50,198 nucleotides of DNA from the sequence record DRR723986_2405, one strand, 5' to 3'. This document shows positions 8,475 through 19,785 of this stretch, one piece after another (the stretch's first letter is position 1; every line of letters begins with the position of its first letter). The notes below the pieces were generated by a model, which saw only the letters and a list, made by a program, of their open reading frames with translations, searched no databases and was not told where the DNA came from. Both the position numbers and the translations under genes were made by a program.

Positions 8475-10703
8475 ATGAGCACTTCAGGATATACCCGCAG
8501 ACAGTTTTTACGCGTCAGCGCTCTCGCAGGGGGCGGCTTACTTGTTGCCTGTGGAGGCGGTGGTGGCGGGGGCGGTTCCAACCCGCAAGACCCGCAGCCC
8601 CCCGGTAATGGCGGCCCCAGTGATGCAGAGCAGTTCACCGTTAGTGAGTTTATGCGCATTGGCAGCGATGGCCGTATACACATTTTGGTGGGCGCCTCAG
8701 AAATTGGCCAGGGCGCGCTGACATCGATGCCAATGATCGTCGCCGAAGAACTCGACGCCGACTGGGACCTTGTTACCGCCGAACACTCACCTGTTGCCGC
8801 GCGCTTTAACAACCCCTATTTTGGCGGCCTGCTGCAATTCACGGTGGCCAGTGCCACCACTCGTGGCTATTTCGACAATCAGCGCCAAGTCGGCGCCGCG
8901 GTTAGGCAAATGCTGGTCAACGCTGCTGCCGAGCGCTGGGAGGTGCCCGCAGACAGCCTGCGCACAGAGCGCGGTGTGGTCTACGACGACCTCAATGGCC
9001 GCAGCGCCAGCTACGGCGAACTCGCCGAGTCAGCGGCCAACCAGCCGGTTCCGAGTAATCCGCCGCTAAAAGACCCGGCAAGCTACCGCATTATTGGCCA
9101 GTCCAAACAGCGCAAAGACGCTGCGGAGAAGGTCAACGGCTCGCATATTTACGGTATCGACGTCGATATCCCCGACATGCTCACGGCCGTAATTGCCCGC
9201 CCGCCGCGCTTTTTTGGTCAGGCACTGCGTGTCGACAGCAATGCCGCTATGGCGGTGCCCGGCGTGCGCGAAGTACACACCATCCCCTCTGGCGTCGCCG
9301 TGGTCGCCGACGACTATTGGTCGGCGGAGAAAGGGCGCCAAGCTCTCGACGTGAGCTGGAATGAGCTGCTGGCCGGTCGCACAGATTCCAATGACACGCG
9401 CGGTGAGTATAGTTTCAAGCTCAACTTGCCCGGTCTGCCAATTCGCACTGACGGTCTGGTTCCCGTTGCTCAACTCGCCGCGGCGGAAAATCGCAGCGCC
9501 GATTATTTCTTTCCCTTTCAGGCCCACGCGGCAATGGAGCCACTGAACGTTACGGTGGACTATACCGGCAGCAAAGCCGACATCTGGACGGGCAGCCAAT
9601 CACCAACGCTGGATAAAACCTTTGCGTCGCTGATTCTCGGCTTACTGCCCAACCAGATCACCTTCCACACCATGTCCTCTGGCGGCGGTTTTGGCCGCCG
9701 CGGCAACCCGCTGGCTGACTACGTGCGCGACGCCTGCCACGTGGCGAAGGCAACCCAAAAACCCGTGAAGGTCATGTGGACCCGCGAAGACGACATGAAG
9801 GGGGGCTACTACCGGCCCGCCGCGGCCGTGCGCGTCGGGGCCTCCATGGACAATCAGGGCAATATCACTGCCTGGACCCACCGCGCGGTCACCCAGGATG
9901 TCACGGCGTCGCTGTACGCCGAAGAGTTGCTCGACACCCTGGCCGAGGGTCAGTTGCCGCCCCTTAAGGAATTAACAGACCTTGAGACCGGTATGCCCTA
10001 CGACATCGACAATGTGTTGATGGACGCCCACCTGACACTCAAGCCGCAGATGCCGTCACTGTGGATGCGCTCGGTAAATAAATTCACCGATGTATTTGCC
10101 CAGGAAACCTTTATCGACGATATCGCCGTCAGCTACAGCCGCGACCCTTATCAATATCGACGCGGCATGCTCGCCGGCAAGCCCCGCCTGTTAGCGGTAT
10201 TGGACGCCGCCGCGCAAGCATCGAACTGGGGCAGCACAGGGGGCGGTCGCAGTCAGGGGATCGCCGTGCTGAACCACTGGATGAGCTACGTCGCTCAAGT
10301 TGTGGAGCTCAGCGTGTCCGACGATAAAGTCATTACCCTTCACCGAATTGTCAGCGCGATTGATGTGGGCACGGCCATCAATCCTGACTTGGTGGTGGCC
10401 CAGGTTGAGTCCGCGGTAATTTTTGCGCTGACCAGCGTCTTTTACGGCGAGATCGAATTGCAGGACGGCGTGGTTCAGCAGAGCAATTTCGATGACTACA
10501 AAATGCTGCGCATGTTCCAAGTGCCGCAAATTGATACCGTTGTATTGCCGAGTAACGAGTCGCCGGGCGGTGTTGGCGAACTGGGCGTACCGGCGCTGGG
10601 CCCAGCCCTAGCAAATGCTATTTTTGCGGCAACCGGCGAGAAAATTCGCGAATTACCGCTTAAAAACCTCGGCTACACCCTAGCCGAACAACACCCCGCC
10701 TAA
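8475..10703 (+). CDS. Molybdopterin-binding large subunit (IorB-like) with Tat signal and lipobox
   Basis: ATG 8475 gives MSTSGYTRRQFLR (Tat motif) then LLVAC (lipobox). Contains SEIGQG, HAAMEP, GGGFGRR, WTREDD and GVGELG motifs. Confidence 0.92.
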   Translation: MSTSGYTRRQFLRVSALAGGGLLVACGGGGGGGGSNPQDPQPPGNGGPSDAEQFTVSEFMRIGSDGRIHILVGASEIGQGALTSMPMIVAEELDADWDLVTAEHSPVAARFNNPYFGGLLQFTVASATTRGYFDNQRQVGAAVRQMLVNAAAERWEVPADSLRTERGVVYDDLNGRSASYGELAESAANQPVPSNPPLKDPASYRIIGQSKQRKDAAEKVNGSHIYGIDVDIPDMLTAVIARPPRFFGQALRVDSNAAMAVPGVREVHTIPSGVAVVADDYWSAEKGRQALDVSWNELLAGRTDSNDTRGEYSFKLNLPGLPIRTDGLVPVAQLAAAENRSADYFFPFQAHAAMEPLNVTVDYTGSKADIWTGSQSPTLDKTFASLILGLLPNQITFHTMSSGGGFGRRGNPLADYVRDACHVAKATQKPVKVMWTREDDMKGGYYRPAAAVRVGASMDNQGNITAWTHRAVTQDVTASLYAEELLDTLAEGQLPPLKELTDLETGMPYDIDNVLMDAHLTLKPQMPSLWMRSVNKFTDVFAQETFIDDIAVSYSRDPYQYRRGMLAGKPRLLAVLDAAAQASNWGSTGGGRSQGIAVLNHWMSYVAQVVELSVSDDKVITLHRIVSAIDVGTAINPDLVVAQVESAVIFALTSVFYGEIELQDGVVQQSNFDDYKMLRMFQVPQIDTVVLPSNESPGGVGELGVPALGPALANAIFAATGEKIRELPLKNLGYTLAEQHPA

Positions 10704-10716
10704 CAGGAGCCGGAGC

Positions 10717-11253
10717 ATGCTATTACTACGCAACTATTGGCTCGGCTTGAGCGCGGCGCTGACCCTATTGGTCAGCGGCGGCGCTCTGGCACAGTCGCCG
10801 CTATTTACACCGATCTACGAGGTGCTTACCCACCCGCGGTGTTTGAACTGCCACACCTTGACCGACTTCCCGCGTCAGGGCGATGAACGCCGCCGCCACG
10901 ACCAGCTGGTTATGCGCGGTGAAGATAATCACGGCGCGCCGACCCTGCAGTGTTCAGCCTGTCACCAGGAACAAAACGTGGCGGAAGACAAAGTACCAGG
11001 CGCGCCGCATTGGGGCCTGGCACCACTGAGCATGGGCTGGGAAGGTATGGGGCCGAGAGAACTCTGCACGGTGCTGAAAGACCAAAGCAAAAACGGTGGC
11101 AAAGACCTGCAAGCCCTGCTCAAACACATGGAGGAGGACCCGCTGGTGCTGTGGGGCTTTGATCCCGGCGAGGGCCGAACGCTACCGCCCGTGGACCATA
11201 CCCGCTTTGTTGAATTATTGGAGCAGTGGGTGAACGCAGGCGGCCCCTGTTAA
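10717..11253 (+). CDS. Exported diheme c-type cytochrome associated with the Ior-like oxidoreductase
   Basis: Sec-type signal (ALA-Q) and two CxxCH motifs (CLNCH, CSACH); AGGAG RBS immediately after the Moco subunit. Confidence 0.82.
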   Translation: MLLLRNYWLGLSAALTLLVSGGALAQSPLFTPIYEVLTHPRCLNCHTLTDFPRQGDERRRHDQLVMRGEDNHGAPTLQCSACHQEQNVAEDKVPGAPHWGLAPLSMGWEGMGPRELCTVLKDQSKNGGKDLQALLKHMEEDPLVLWGFDPGEGRTLPPVDHTRFVELLEQWVNAGGPC

Positions 11254-11267
11254 GCCACTCGCCTGTT

Positions 11268-11302
11268 GGTGTGACTGCCGGATTTGTCGCGGCAGTTACA
11301 CC
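11268..11302. terminator. Stem-loop between convergent genes
   Basis: GGTGTGACTGCCG, 9-nt loop, CGGCAGTTACACC: 13-bp stem with one G-U pair; no clear U-tract. Confidence 0.5.
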
Positions 11303-11303
11303 G

Positions 11304-12065
11304 TCACTGCTTAAGCCGATAACCGCTGCGAAACATCCAGGTAATCAAGGCCAGGCACAACAGCAAAAAGAATACGGTCATCCCCAGACTGACACCGACA
11401 TTCACATCGGCGACGTCGTAAAAACTCCAGCGAAAACCACTAATCAGGTAGACCACCGGATTCGCCAAGGTAATGGTCTGCCACAGCGGTGGCAACATGC
11501 TGATTGAGTAAAAGCTGCCGCCCAAAAACGCCAGCGGCGTCACGATCAGCATCGGCACTATCTGCAATTTCTCAAAGCCGTCGGCCCAGACGCCAATAAT
11601 GAAACCGAATAAACTGAAGGTCACCGCAGTTAACACCAAGAAGCCGAGCATCCAAAAGGGATGCGCGATGCTGTAGTCGACAAAAAGCCGAGCGGTCGCC
11701 AGCATAATCAACCCGATGATAATCGACTTGCTCGCCGCCGCCCCGACATAGCCCAGTAGAATCTCTGGCAGGGCAACGGGTGCTGACAGCAGCTCGTAGA
11801 TGGTGCCGTTGTATTTAGGGAAGAAAATACCAAACGCGGCATTGGAGATACTCTCGGTCAGCAGCGCCAACATCACCAACCCGGGAATAATAAATGCGCC
11901 GTAGCTGATGCCGTCGATAGCGACCATTTTCGAGCCGATTGCCGAGCCAAATACCACGAAATATAACGAGGTCGAAATCACTGGCGACGCGATACTTTGC
12001 AGCAGCGTCCGCCAGGCTCGGTTCATTTCAAACAAATAGATTGCGCGCACTGCATGCAAATTCAC
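11304..12065 (-). CDS. ABC-2 type permease (YadH-like)
   Basis: [23 protein letters not shown] and [11 protein letters not shown] motifs; about six hydrophobic segments. Confidence 0.9.
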   Translation of the reverse strand: MNLHAVRAIYLFEMNRAWRTLLQSIASPVISTSLYFVVFGSAIGSKMVAIDGISYGAFIIPGLVMLALLTESISNAAFGIFFPKYNGTIYELLSAPVALPEILLGYVGAAASKSIIIGLIMLATARLFVDYSIAHPFWMLGFLVLTAVTFSLFGFIIGVWADGFEKLQIVPMLIVTPLAFLGGSFYSISMLPPLWQTITLANPVVYLISGFRWSFYDVADVNVGVSLGMTVFFLLLCLALITWMFRSGYRLKQ

Positions 12066-13018
12066 TGCTCCACCTCCACCGCGGCTGACGACTGATCGCT
12101 GTCGGCAACCAGGCTGACAAAAATTTCCTCCAGCGAGCGCTGGGTTGAATGCAGGTCTTTGTAATCGATGCCGTGCATTTCCAAGTGACGAAACAACTCG
12201 GCAATGCCGGTGTGATCGCTTTGGCTGTCGTAGTGGTATACCAGCTCGTGGCCATCGTCAGTCAGGCTCAGCGGATAGCCTCCAAGATCGGCGGGCAGCT
12301 CGCTAAGTGGTTGCTGCAATTGCAGGCGCAGCTGCTTTTGCCCCAGCTTTTCCATCAAGCGGTTCTTTTCTTCAACCAGCACAATTTCGCCGCGGCGAAT
12401 AACACCGATGCGATCGGCCATTTCCTCGGCCTCTTCAATGTAATGCGTGGTTAAAATGATCGTCACACCGCGCTCGCGCAGGCCGTGAACCATCTGCCAC
12501 ATATCGCGCCGCAGTTCGACATCCACCCCCGCCGTGGGCTCGTCGAGAAACAAAATTTCAGGCTCATGAGACAGGGCCTTAGCAATCATGACGCGCCGCT
12601 TCATGCCGCCAGATAACGCCATAATCCGCTCGTCTTTTTTATCCCACAGCGATAGCTGGCGAAGTATTTGCTCCAGATAAGCATCATTTTTCGGCTTGCC
12701 GAACAAGCCCCGGCTAAAGGTCACCGTGGCCCATACGCTTTCAAAACCGTCGGTCGACAGTTCTTGAGGAACAAGGCCAATAAGCTGCCTGGCGCGCCGA
12801 TAATCGGAAACGATGTTGAAGGCGCCGGCGTGAATCTGCCCGGCCGTGGCATTCACAATACCGCAGATAATGCTGATCAAGGTGGTTTTACCGGCCCCGT
12901 TAGGGCCGAGTAACGCGAAGATCTCGCCGCGCCGAATATCCAAGTTGACGCCGCGCAGCGCTTGAAAGCCTGAGTCATAGACTTTGCTAACGTCTTTCAC
13001 ACTAATAACAGAGGACAC
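12062..13018 (-). CDS. ABC transporter ATP-binding protein (YadG-like)
   Basis: Walker A GPNGAGKT, signature LSGGMKRR, Walker B ILFLDEPT, and the H-loop TTHY. Confidence 0.93.
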   Translation of the reverse strand: MSSVISVKDVSKVYDSGFQALRGVNLDIRRGEIFALLGPNGAGKTTLISIICGIVNATAGQIHAGAFNIVSDYRRARQLIGLVPQELSTDGFESVWATVTFSRGLFGKPKNDAYLEQILRQLSLWDKKDERIMALSGGMKRRVMIAKALSHEPEILFLDEPTAGVDVELRRDMWQMVHGLRERGVTIILTTHYIEEAEEMADRIGVIRRGEIVLVEEKNRLMEKLGQKQLRLQLQQPLSELPADLGGYPLSLTDDGHELVYHYDSQSDHTGIAELFRHLEMHGIDYKDLHSTQRSLEEIFVSLVADSDQSSAAVEVEQ

Positions 13019-13226
13019 AAATGCTCCTAATTTACCCGCAATGCGGCGAACCGTGCTCGCCGCGAGGTCAAAGCCCTCCTTTCACAGCACACTCGATGCG
13101 CACCTCGCCGCCCAGCTATAACAGTGGGAGCGGATGGCAGGCGCAGAGGCAAAGCCGGAATGATTCGGGGTTATCATTGAGGTTTTCACACACTGAGCGA
13201 GAGTGTCGCCCAGCTGAGCGGCGCGT

Positions 13227-13868
13227 TCAACCGCTAGTGTTCAACGGCCGACACTGTCGCCAAAACATAGCGGCAGCCGTGTTACACATTTCTTCTACGG
13301 TTGAGCTGTCCAGATAGATACCATCGATCAGCAAGCGACTCATACCGTGCAGGGTCGACCAGCTTAATTGCGCGTAACGCAGTGGGTCGAAATTCGCGGC
13401 GAAAATACCGCCTGCCTGCAGTTGGCGAAAGTGGTCAACATACTCGCGAAACGCGGTGTAGGCCTCCGCTTTGAGGCTCGCCGTGAGCGCCGCCGACTTC
13501 CACAGTTTGCCGCCAAACATTAGGTCGTAATACTCGGCATTGCTTACCGCGAAATTGACGTAGCGACGAACAAAGGCCTGCAAACTCGCCTCGCTGAAGG
13601 TGTCGACATTCCAAAGTTCGGCGTCCGCATTGACTTGCCGAAAACGACGAAAGCCCTCTTCGGCAATCCCGCAGAGCAAACTGTGCTTATCGCTGAAGTG
13701 ATGATAGGGGGCGGTGCGAGAAACCCCCAACTCCTGCGCCAGACGCCGCATCGACAGTCCTTCCTCACCTTCCTCACGCAGCAGACGCGCGGCAACATCC
13801 AGAAGCTGCGCACGCAGATCACCGTGATGGTAGGCGCCGGATGGCTTGTTGGCAGGGGCTTGGGACAT
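13227..13868 (-). CDS. TetR/AcrR family regulator
   Basis: YHHGDLRAQLL...LSMRRLAQELGVSRTAPYHHF HTH and WSTLHG C-terminal motif. The likely start is ATG 13868 (MSQAP). Confidence 0.92.
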   Translation of the reverse strand: MSQAPANKPSGAYHHGDLRAQLLDVAARLLREEGEEGLSMRRLAQELGVSRTAPYHHFSDKHSLLCGIAEEGFRRFRQVNADAELWNVDTFSEASLQAFVRRYVNFAVSNAEYYDLMFGGKLWKSAALTASLKAEAYTAFREYVDHFRQLQAGGIFAANFDPLRYAQLSWSTLHGMSRLLIDGIYLDSSTVEEMCNTAAAMFWRQCRPLNTSG

Positions 13869-13902
13869 GGCGGCAATATAGCAGCCACCGGCGATAGCGT
13901 CC

Positions 13903-13957
13903 ATCTTGACAGCGTCAACATTTGCCTCTAGCCTTGGCATCTGGACAGCGTCAAGTT
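13903..13957. promoter_or_regulatory. Two palindromic operators flanking the fadH promoter
   Basis: ATCTTGACAGCGTCAACAT (13903-13921) and ATCTGGACAGCGTCAAGTT (13939-13957), with promoter TTGACA(13906)-N17-TAGCCT(13929). Confidence 0.75.
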
Positions 13958-13967
13958 ACGTCAATGA

Positions 13968-15995
<2,028 letters not shown>

Positions 15996-16007
15996 TCATC
16001 GCCTCGC

Positions 16008-16040
16008 CCCCCTTCCTGCGTATACTGCGCAGGAAGGGGG
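16008..16040. other. Perfect 13-bp inverted repeat between fadH and the next gene
   Basis: CCCCCTTCCTGCG-TATACTG-CGCAGGAAGGGGG; no U-tract; the 3' arm contains the probable RBS of the downstream gene. Confidence 0.6.
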
Positions 16041-16047
16041 AAGCACG

Positions 16048-17139
16048 ATGCTCATTCAAAACCACACAGCGGGGCGCCATCAGCGCTGCGCCGTTTTGCT
16101 GTTTATCAGCCTGACATTGGCAATCGTAACCCCCCTACATGCCGAGACGGCAAAGCCGGCCCATCATGGCGAGAGCGAGTTCCGTAATCCTTATTGGCCA
16201 ACGTTCAACAAGAGCCTCTGGGAATTACTCCGACTGCGCTTTTTCTCTGACTTAACCATTGCCGACCAAGCCTCTCAACGCCAGCGCATTCGCGTTGTCA
16301 CTGAGGTCGCCGATCTTCATATTTCCCCATCAGCCCCCCTGCAAGTAACGTGGCTGGGGCACTCCAGCTTTCTGCTGCAATACCGGGGAGTAGCCATTCT
16401 AACCGACCCCATTTTTTCTCGGCGCGCGTCGCCGGTACAATGGCTCGGCCCGGAGCGTTTGGTTGCCCAGCCCATTGGCCCACCCCAGTTACCACCGATT
16501 GATGTGGTGATTATCTCTCACGATCACTACGACCACTTAGATGAGCGCAGCATTCGCGCACTTGGCAACCAGCCGGTGTATCTGGTGCCGCTGAAACTCG
16601 GTGACACCCTGCAAGACTTTGGCATCGCCGCGACAAGAATCGTCGAGCGCGACTGGTGGCAAACCTTCCAACTTGACTCCCTCACCGCCACCGCCACACC
16701 GTCGCAACACTGGTCTGGCAGGGGCATCACCGACCGTTTCAAGTCGCTGTGGGCCTCCTGGCATCTGCGCATAGACGATATGCAGCTGTGGTTTGGCGGT
16801 GACACCGGGTACAACACCGAGCAATTCAAAAGCATTGGCGAGCGCTTCCCCGATATCGACTTGGCCCTGATTCCCATCGGCGCCTATAAGCCAAGAAGCT
16901 TCCTGAAAGAACAACACGTCGACCCCGCTGAGGCAGTGCAGATACATCGAGATATTGGTGCAGCACAGAGTATCGGTATACATTGGGCGACGTTTCAGCT
17001 GTCGGCAGAAGATATCGATGCACCGCAGCACGATTTGCGCAGGGCGGTTGAAGACGCTGGTTTGCCACCCAGCAGCTTCGACACCATGCAAATTGGCGAA
17101 ACTCGACAGCTTATGCCGTCACAAATTAGTCATCCATAA
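16048..17139 (+). CDS. Exported MBL-fold hydrolase, NAPE-PLD/RomA-like
   Basis: TWLGHSSF, LTDPIFS, SHDHYDH (HxHxDH), QHWSGR, GDTGY, PIGAY and IHWATF motifs; N-terminal signal-like segment. ATG at 16048. Confidence 0.88.
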   Translation: MLIQNHTAGRHQRCAVLLFISLTLAIVTPLHAETAKPAHHGESEFRNPYWPTFNKSLWELLRLRFFSDLTIADQASQRQRIRVVTEVADLHISPSAPLQVTWLGHSSFLLQYRGVAILTDPIFSRRASPVQWLGPERLVAQPIGPPQLPPIDVVIISHDHYDHLDERSIRALGNQPVYLVPLKLGDTLQDFGIAATRIVERDWWQTFQLDSLTATATPSQHWSGRGITDRFKSLWASWHLRIDDMQLWFGGDTGYNTEQFKSIGERFPDIDLALIPIGAYKPRSFLKEQHVDPAEAVQIHRDIGAAQSIGIHWATFQLSAEDIDAPQHDLRRAVEDAGLPPSSFDTMQIGETRQLMPSQISHP

Positions 17140-17172
17140 TCGGCACACTGACACTTTTACCCAGGTCATTCT

Positions 17173-18075
17173 ATGTCTCGTTTCCTGCCGGTTTTACTGA
17201 CCCTGCCACTCTTGCTGACAACACTTTCCAGCAGTGCAACCGAACGCCACTGGCAAACCCAAGAATACACGCTGAATCAGCGCCCCTTATCAGAGTTGAG
17301 CGGGCTCGCGGCGAGCGGCGCCCACCCCGGTTACTATTGGGCCCACAACGACAGCGGCGACCGCCCCACCTTGTATCTGATTAAGCCCGGCGAGGACAAG
17401 CTGAAGTCGGTGAGCGTGCGCGGTGCCAGCGCCGCCGACTGGGAAGACATGGCGAGCTTTAGTGAGGGCGACGCCCACTATCTTCTCGTTGGAGACATCG
17501 GAGATAACCTGGCGATTCGACCGATGACCGATATTTACCTGCTGAGGGAGGGCGGGGCCCCACAGGCACCATCACTAACCCTACTGCGGCGCTATACCCT
17601 GGTTTTCGATGGCGGCCCCCGCGATGTGGAAGGGCTTGCCGTGGACCCTGAGCAACGTATGGTCTACCTGCTGAGCAAGAGAGAGCGCCACCCGAAACTG
17701 TACCGTTTTTCGCTGGACAGCCTGCCCGACGAACCCGTGTTACTCAGCGCACTGGGCGAGATCAAAAGCCTGCCCACCACTGACTCACACACCCCGCAAA
17801 GAAAGGGCGGCATTACCCAGCACTCCCCCACCGGCTTGGATTTCGCCGCCAATGGTAGCGCGGCGGTAATCAGTACCCTCGGCGAGAGTTACTATTTCGT
17901 GCGGCAGAATCGGCAAAGCTGGCTAAGTGTGTTGAACACGTCTCCCCAAGCACTGGGGGCACCGCCATTGCGGCAAGCGGAATCGATCGCCATTAGCCGC
18001 GATGGCAACACAATATTACTGGGTAGCGAAGGCCTTCCGACAAAGCTGCTAAGCTTTCAGCCTACATCGCATTGA
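17173..18075 (+). CDS. Exported hypothetical protein, probable beta-propeller
   Basis: Signal peptide; repeated blade-like motifs (ELSGLA, DWEDMA, DVEGLA, PTGLD, QAESIA) and acidic motifs HNDSG and GDIGDN. Confidence 0.7.
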   Translation: MSRFLPVLLTLPLLLTTLSSSATERHWQTQEYTLNQRPLSELSGLAASGAHPGYYWAHNDSGDRPTLYLIKPGEDKLKSVSVRGASAADWEDMASFSEGDAHYLLVGDIGDNLAIRPMTDIYLLREGGAPQAPSLTLLRRYTLVFDGGPRDVEGLAVDPEQRMVYLLSKRERHPKLYRFSLDSLPDEPVLLSALGEIKSLPTTDSHTPQRKGGITQHSPTGLDFAANGSAAVISTLGESYYFVRQNRQSWLSVLNTSPQALGAPPLRQAESIAISRDGNTILLGSEGLPTKLLSFQPTSH

Positions 18076-18112
18076 GCCCCGCAGGGCTCGCACAGTAAAA
18101 GGACCTCTGCCT

Positions 18113-18502
18113 ATGCACCCCACAATAAAAAGTTGGCACCAACTGCTAAGCCGCCGCGATACAACCGGCTTGGAAAATTTACTCGCCGATGACGCAGTAT
18201 TTCACTCACCCATCGTCCACACCCCGCAGCGCGGCAAAGACGTGACGGCACTGTATTTATCCGCGGCGTTTCAAGTGTTAGTTAATGACAGTTTTCACTA
18301 CGTACGCGAGGTCGAGGGCGCCAATGACGCAGTGCTGGAATTCGCGGTCGTCATCGACGGCGTTCAGGTCAACGGTGTGGATATGATTCGCTGGAATGCA
18401 GAGGGAAAAATCACTGACTTTAAAGTGATGCTGCGACCACTCAAAGCGATTAATTTGATACACCAAAAAATGGCAGAGATGCTGGAGGCGCTAGCTTCGT
18501 AA
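18113..18502 (+). CDS. SnoaL/NTF2-like protein
   Basis: LLADDAVFHSPIVHTP, VNGVDMI and FKVMLRPLKA motifs. Confidence 0.85.
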   Translation: MHPTIKSWHQLLSRRDTTGLENLLADDAVFHSPIVHTPQRGKDVTALYLSAAFQVLVNDSFHYVREVEGANDAVLEFAVVIDGVQVNGVDMIRWNAEGKITDFKVMLRPLKAINLIHQKMAEMLEALAS

Positions 18503-18549
18503 ACTGCGATTAACAGGCGCTGGCAGCAAGGCCCCAGCGCCTCGGCCCG

Positions 18550-18933
18550 TTAGGGGATAATGCAGAACATGGTGATGACGACGCCAGCGCCGGCAAACCA
18601 TACCAAGCTGCGCAGCGCACCCCAGTTAAGTAAGTAGCAAGCGGTGTAAAGCACACGAATCGCCACATAGGCCATGGCCAGTAAATTCAGGGTATCCGCA
18701 GGCGCATTGGAAAAATGCGCAATGATCACCGCCGCCGCAAACAGCGGAAAACTCTCAAAGCTGTTGTTCATTGCCGCAACGGCTCGCGCGGGGCGCCCTT
18801 CCAGTTGCGCTAACCACTGGCGCGGGTGATTGTTGTCGTAGGACTTGCCACCAACCTTGCCCCCTTTGGCCAACAGGCCGGTCAGCGGTGACATCATTCC
18901 CGCAATCAGTACACACCATAGTGCTATTGTCAT
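18550..18933 (-). CDS. MAPEG family membrane protein
   Basis: YDNNHPR, RAVAAMNNSFESFPLF and YVAIRVLY...LRSLVW motifs. Confidence 0.85.
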   Translation of the reverse strand: MTIALWCVLIAGMMSPLTGLLAKGGKVGGKSYDNNHPRQWLAQLEGRPARAVAAMNNSFESFPLFAAAVIIAHFSNAPADTLNLLAMAYVAIRVLYTACYLLNWGALRSLVWFAGAGVVITMFCIIP

Positions 18934-18982
18934 TGTTTTCCCCTTAGCGATTGATTAAGTGATTTATCGTTATTGAGGTGCC

Positions 18983-19705
18983 CTAATCATTGGGCCCCGG
19001 TTTCAGTAAACAGCGCAGCCAATTCAAGGTGCCGTTTTTACCGAGCACCATTTTGTCCACGCCATCAAAGAATTTTTGCAGCCCCTGTGGATCGGCAAAG
19101 TAATCGGCACGGGTTTTCATCGGGCGCTCGGGATCGAGCTGCTTGACCACTTTGGCAGGATTCCCCGCCACCACCACATTGGCCGGCACGTCGCGAGTAA
19201 CCACCGCCCCGGCGGCAACCACGCTGTTATCACCAATCGTCACGCCCTTTAGAACGGTGCTGTGGTCACCCAGCCACACATTGTTGCCAATATGCACCGG
19301 CTTGACCTCCTCACTGCGCGCAGTGCGGTCGTAAATGTCGTGCCAATCGCTGTCGGTAATGTAGACGCCATTCGCCATCATCACGCTGTCGCCGATCACG
19401 ATTTCATCACTGGCGGAGATCCGCCCGCCGGGGCTGATTAATACATAGTCGCCAATGCTGATGCGCCCCTGGTCGGGTTCGCGCCCCCACACGCCGATCT
19501 TCACTCGCGCCTCTGGCTCTGCGATCACGGTGGCGCAGCGGCCAATGGACACGTTGGGCCCAGATATGGAGATATACCAGGGTTTCATAAACGTGGGATA
19601 ATCACCCAACGCGTCACAGGCGGGCCGCAGAAAATGCAGGGTGTACCAATGCCTGAAACGCAGATAATTTTTCTTCACCCAGTAGGGGCGCCGATCCTGA
19701 CGCAT
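18983..19705 (-). CDS. Left-handed beta-helix (hexapeptide repeat) acyltransferase
   Basis: ITDSDWH and PVHIGNNVWLG...GVTIGDNSVVAAGAVVTRDVP...GNPAKVV. Confidence 0.87.
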   Translation of the reverse strand: MRQDRRPYWVKKNYLRFRHWYTLHFLRPACDALGDYPTFMKPWYISISGPNVSIGRCATVIAEPEARVKIGVWGREPDQGRISIGDYVLISPGGRISASDEIVIGDSVMMANGVYITDSDWHDIYDRTARSEEVKPVHIGNNVWLGDHSTVLKGVTIGDNSVVAAGAVVTRDVPANVVVAGNPAKVVKQLDPERPMKTRADYFADPQGLQKFFDGVDKMVLGKNGTLNWLRCLLKPGPND

Positions 19706-19785
19706 AGCGAACTCGCACTGTTGTTATTGCCGCACAGTGTCGCAGGGCTTGATGAGGGTAGCAATTCCAACAAGGTTACCAATTC

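Noticed and set aside
8552-8576. GGN repeat tract as a possible phase-variable microsatellite
   Set aside because: Mixed Gly codons (GGA/GGC/GGT/GGG) encoding an in-frame linker, not a pure repeat.
13019-13226. Possible sRNA or riboswitch in the 208-nt gap upstream of the ABC ATPase
   Set aside because: Only a short hairpin (GCGGCGA...TCGCCGC) is visible, with no recognisable family motif or terminator.
18515-18542. Inverted repeat AGGCGCTGG...CCAGCGCCT as a REP-like element
   Set aside because: Single copy in the window between convergent genes; more simply a terminator-like hairpin.
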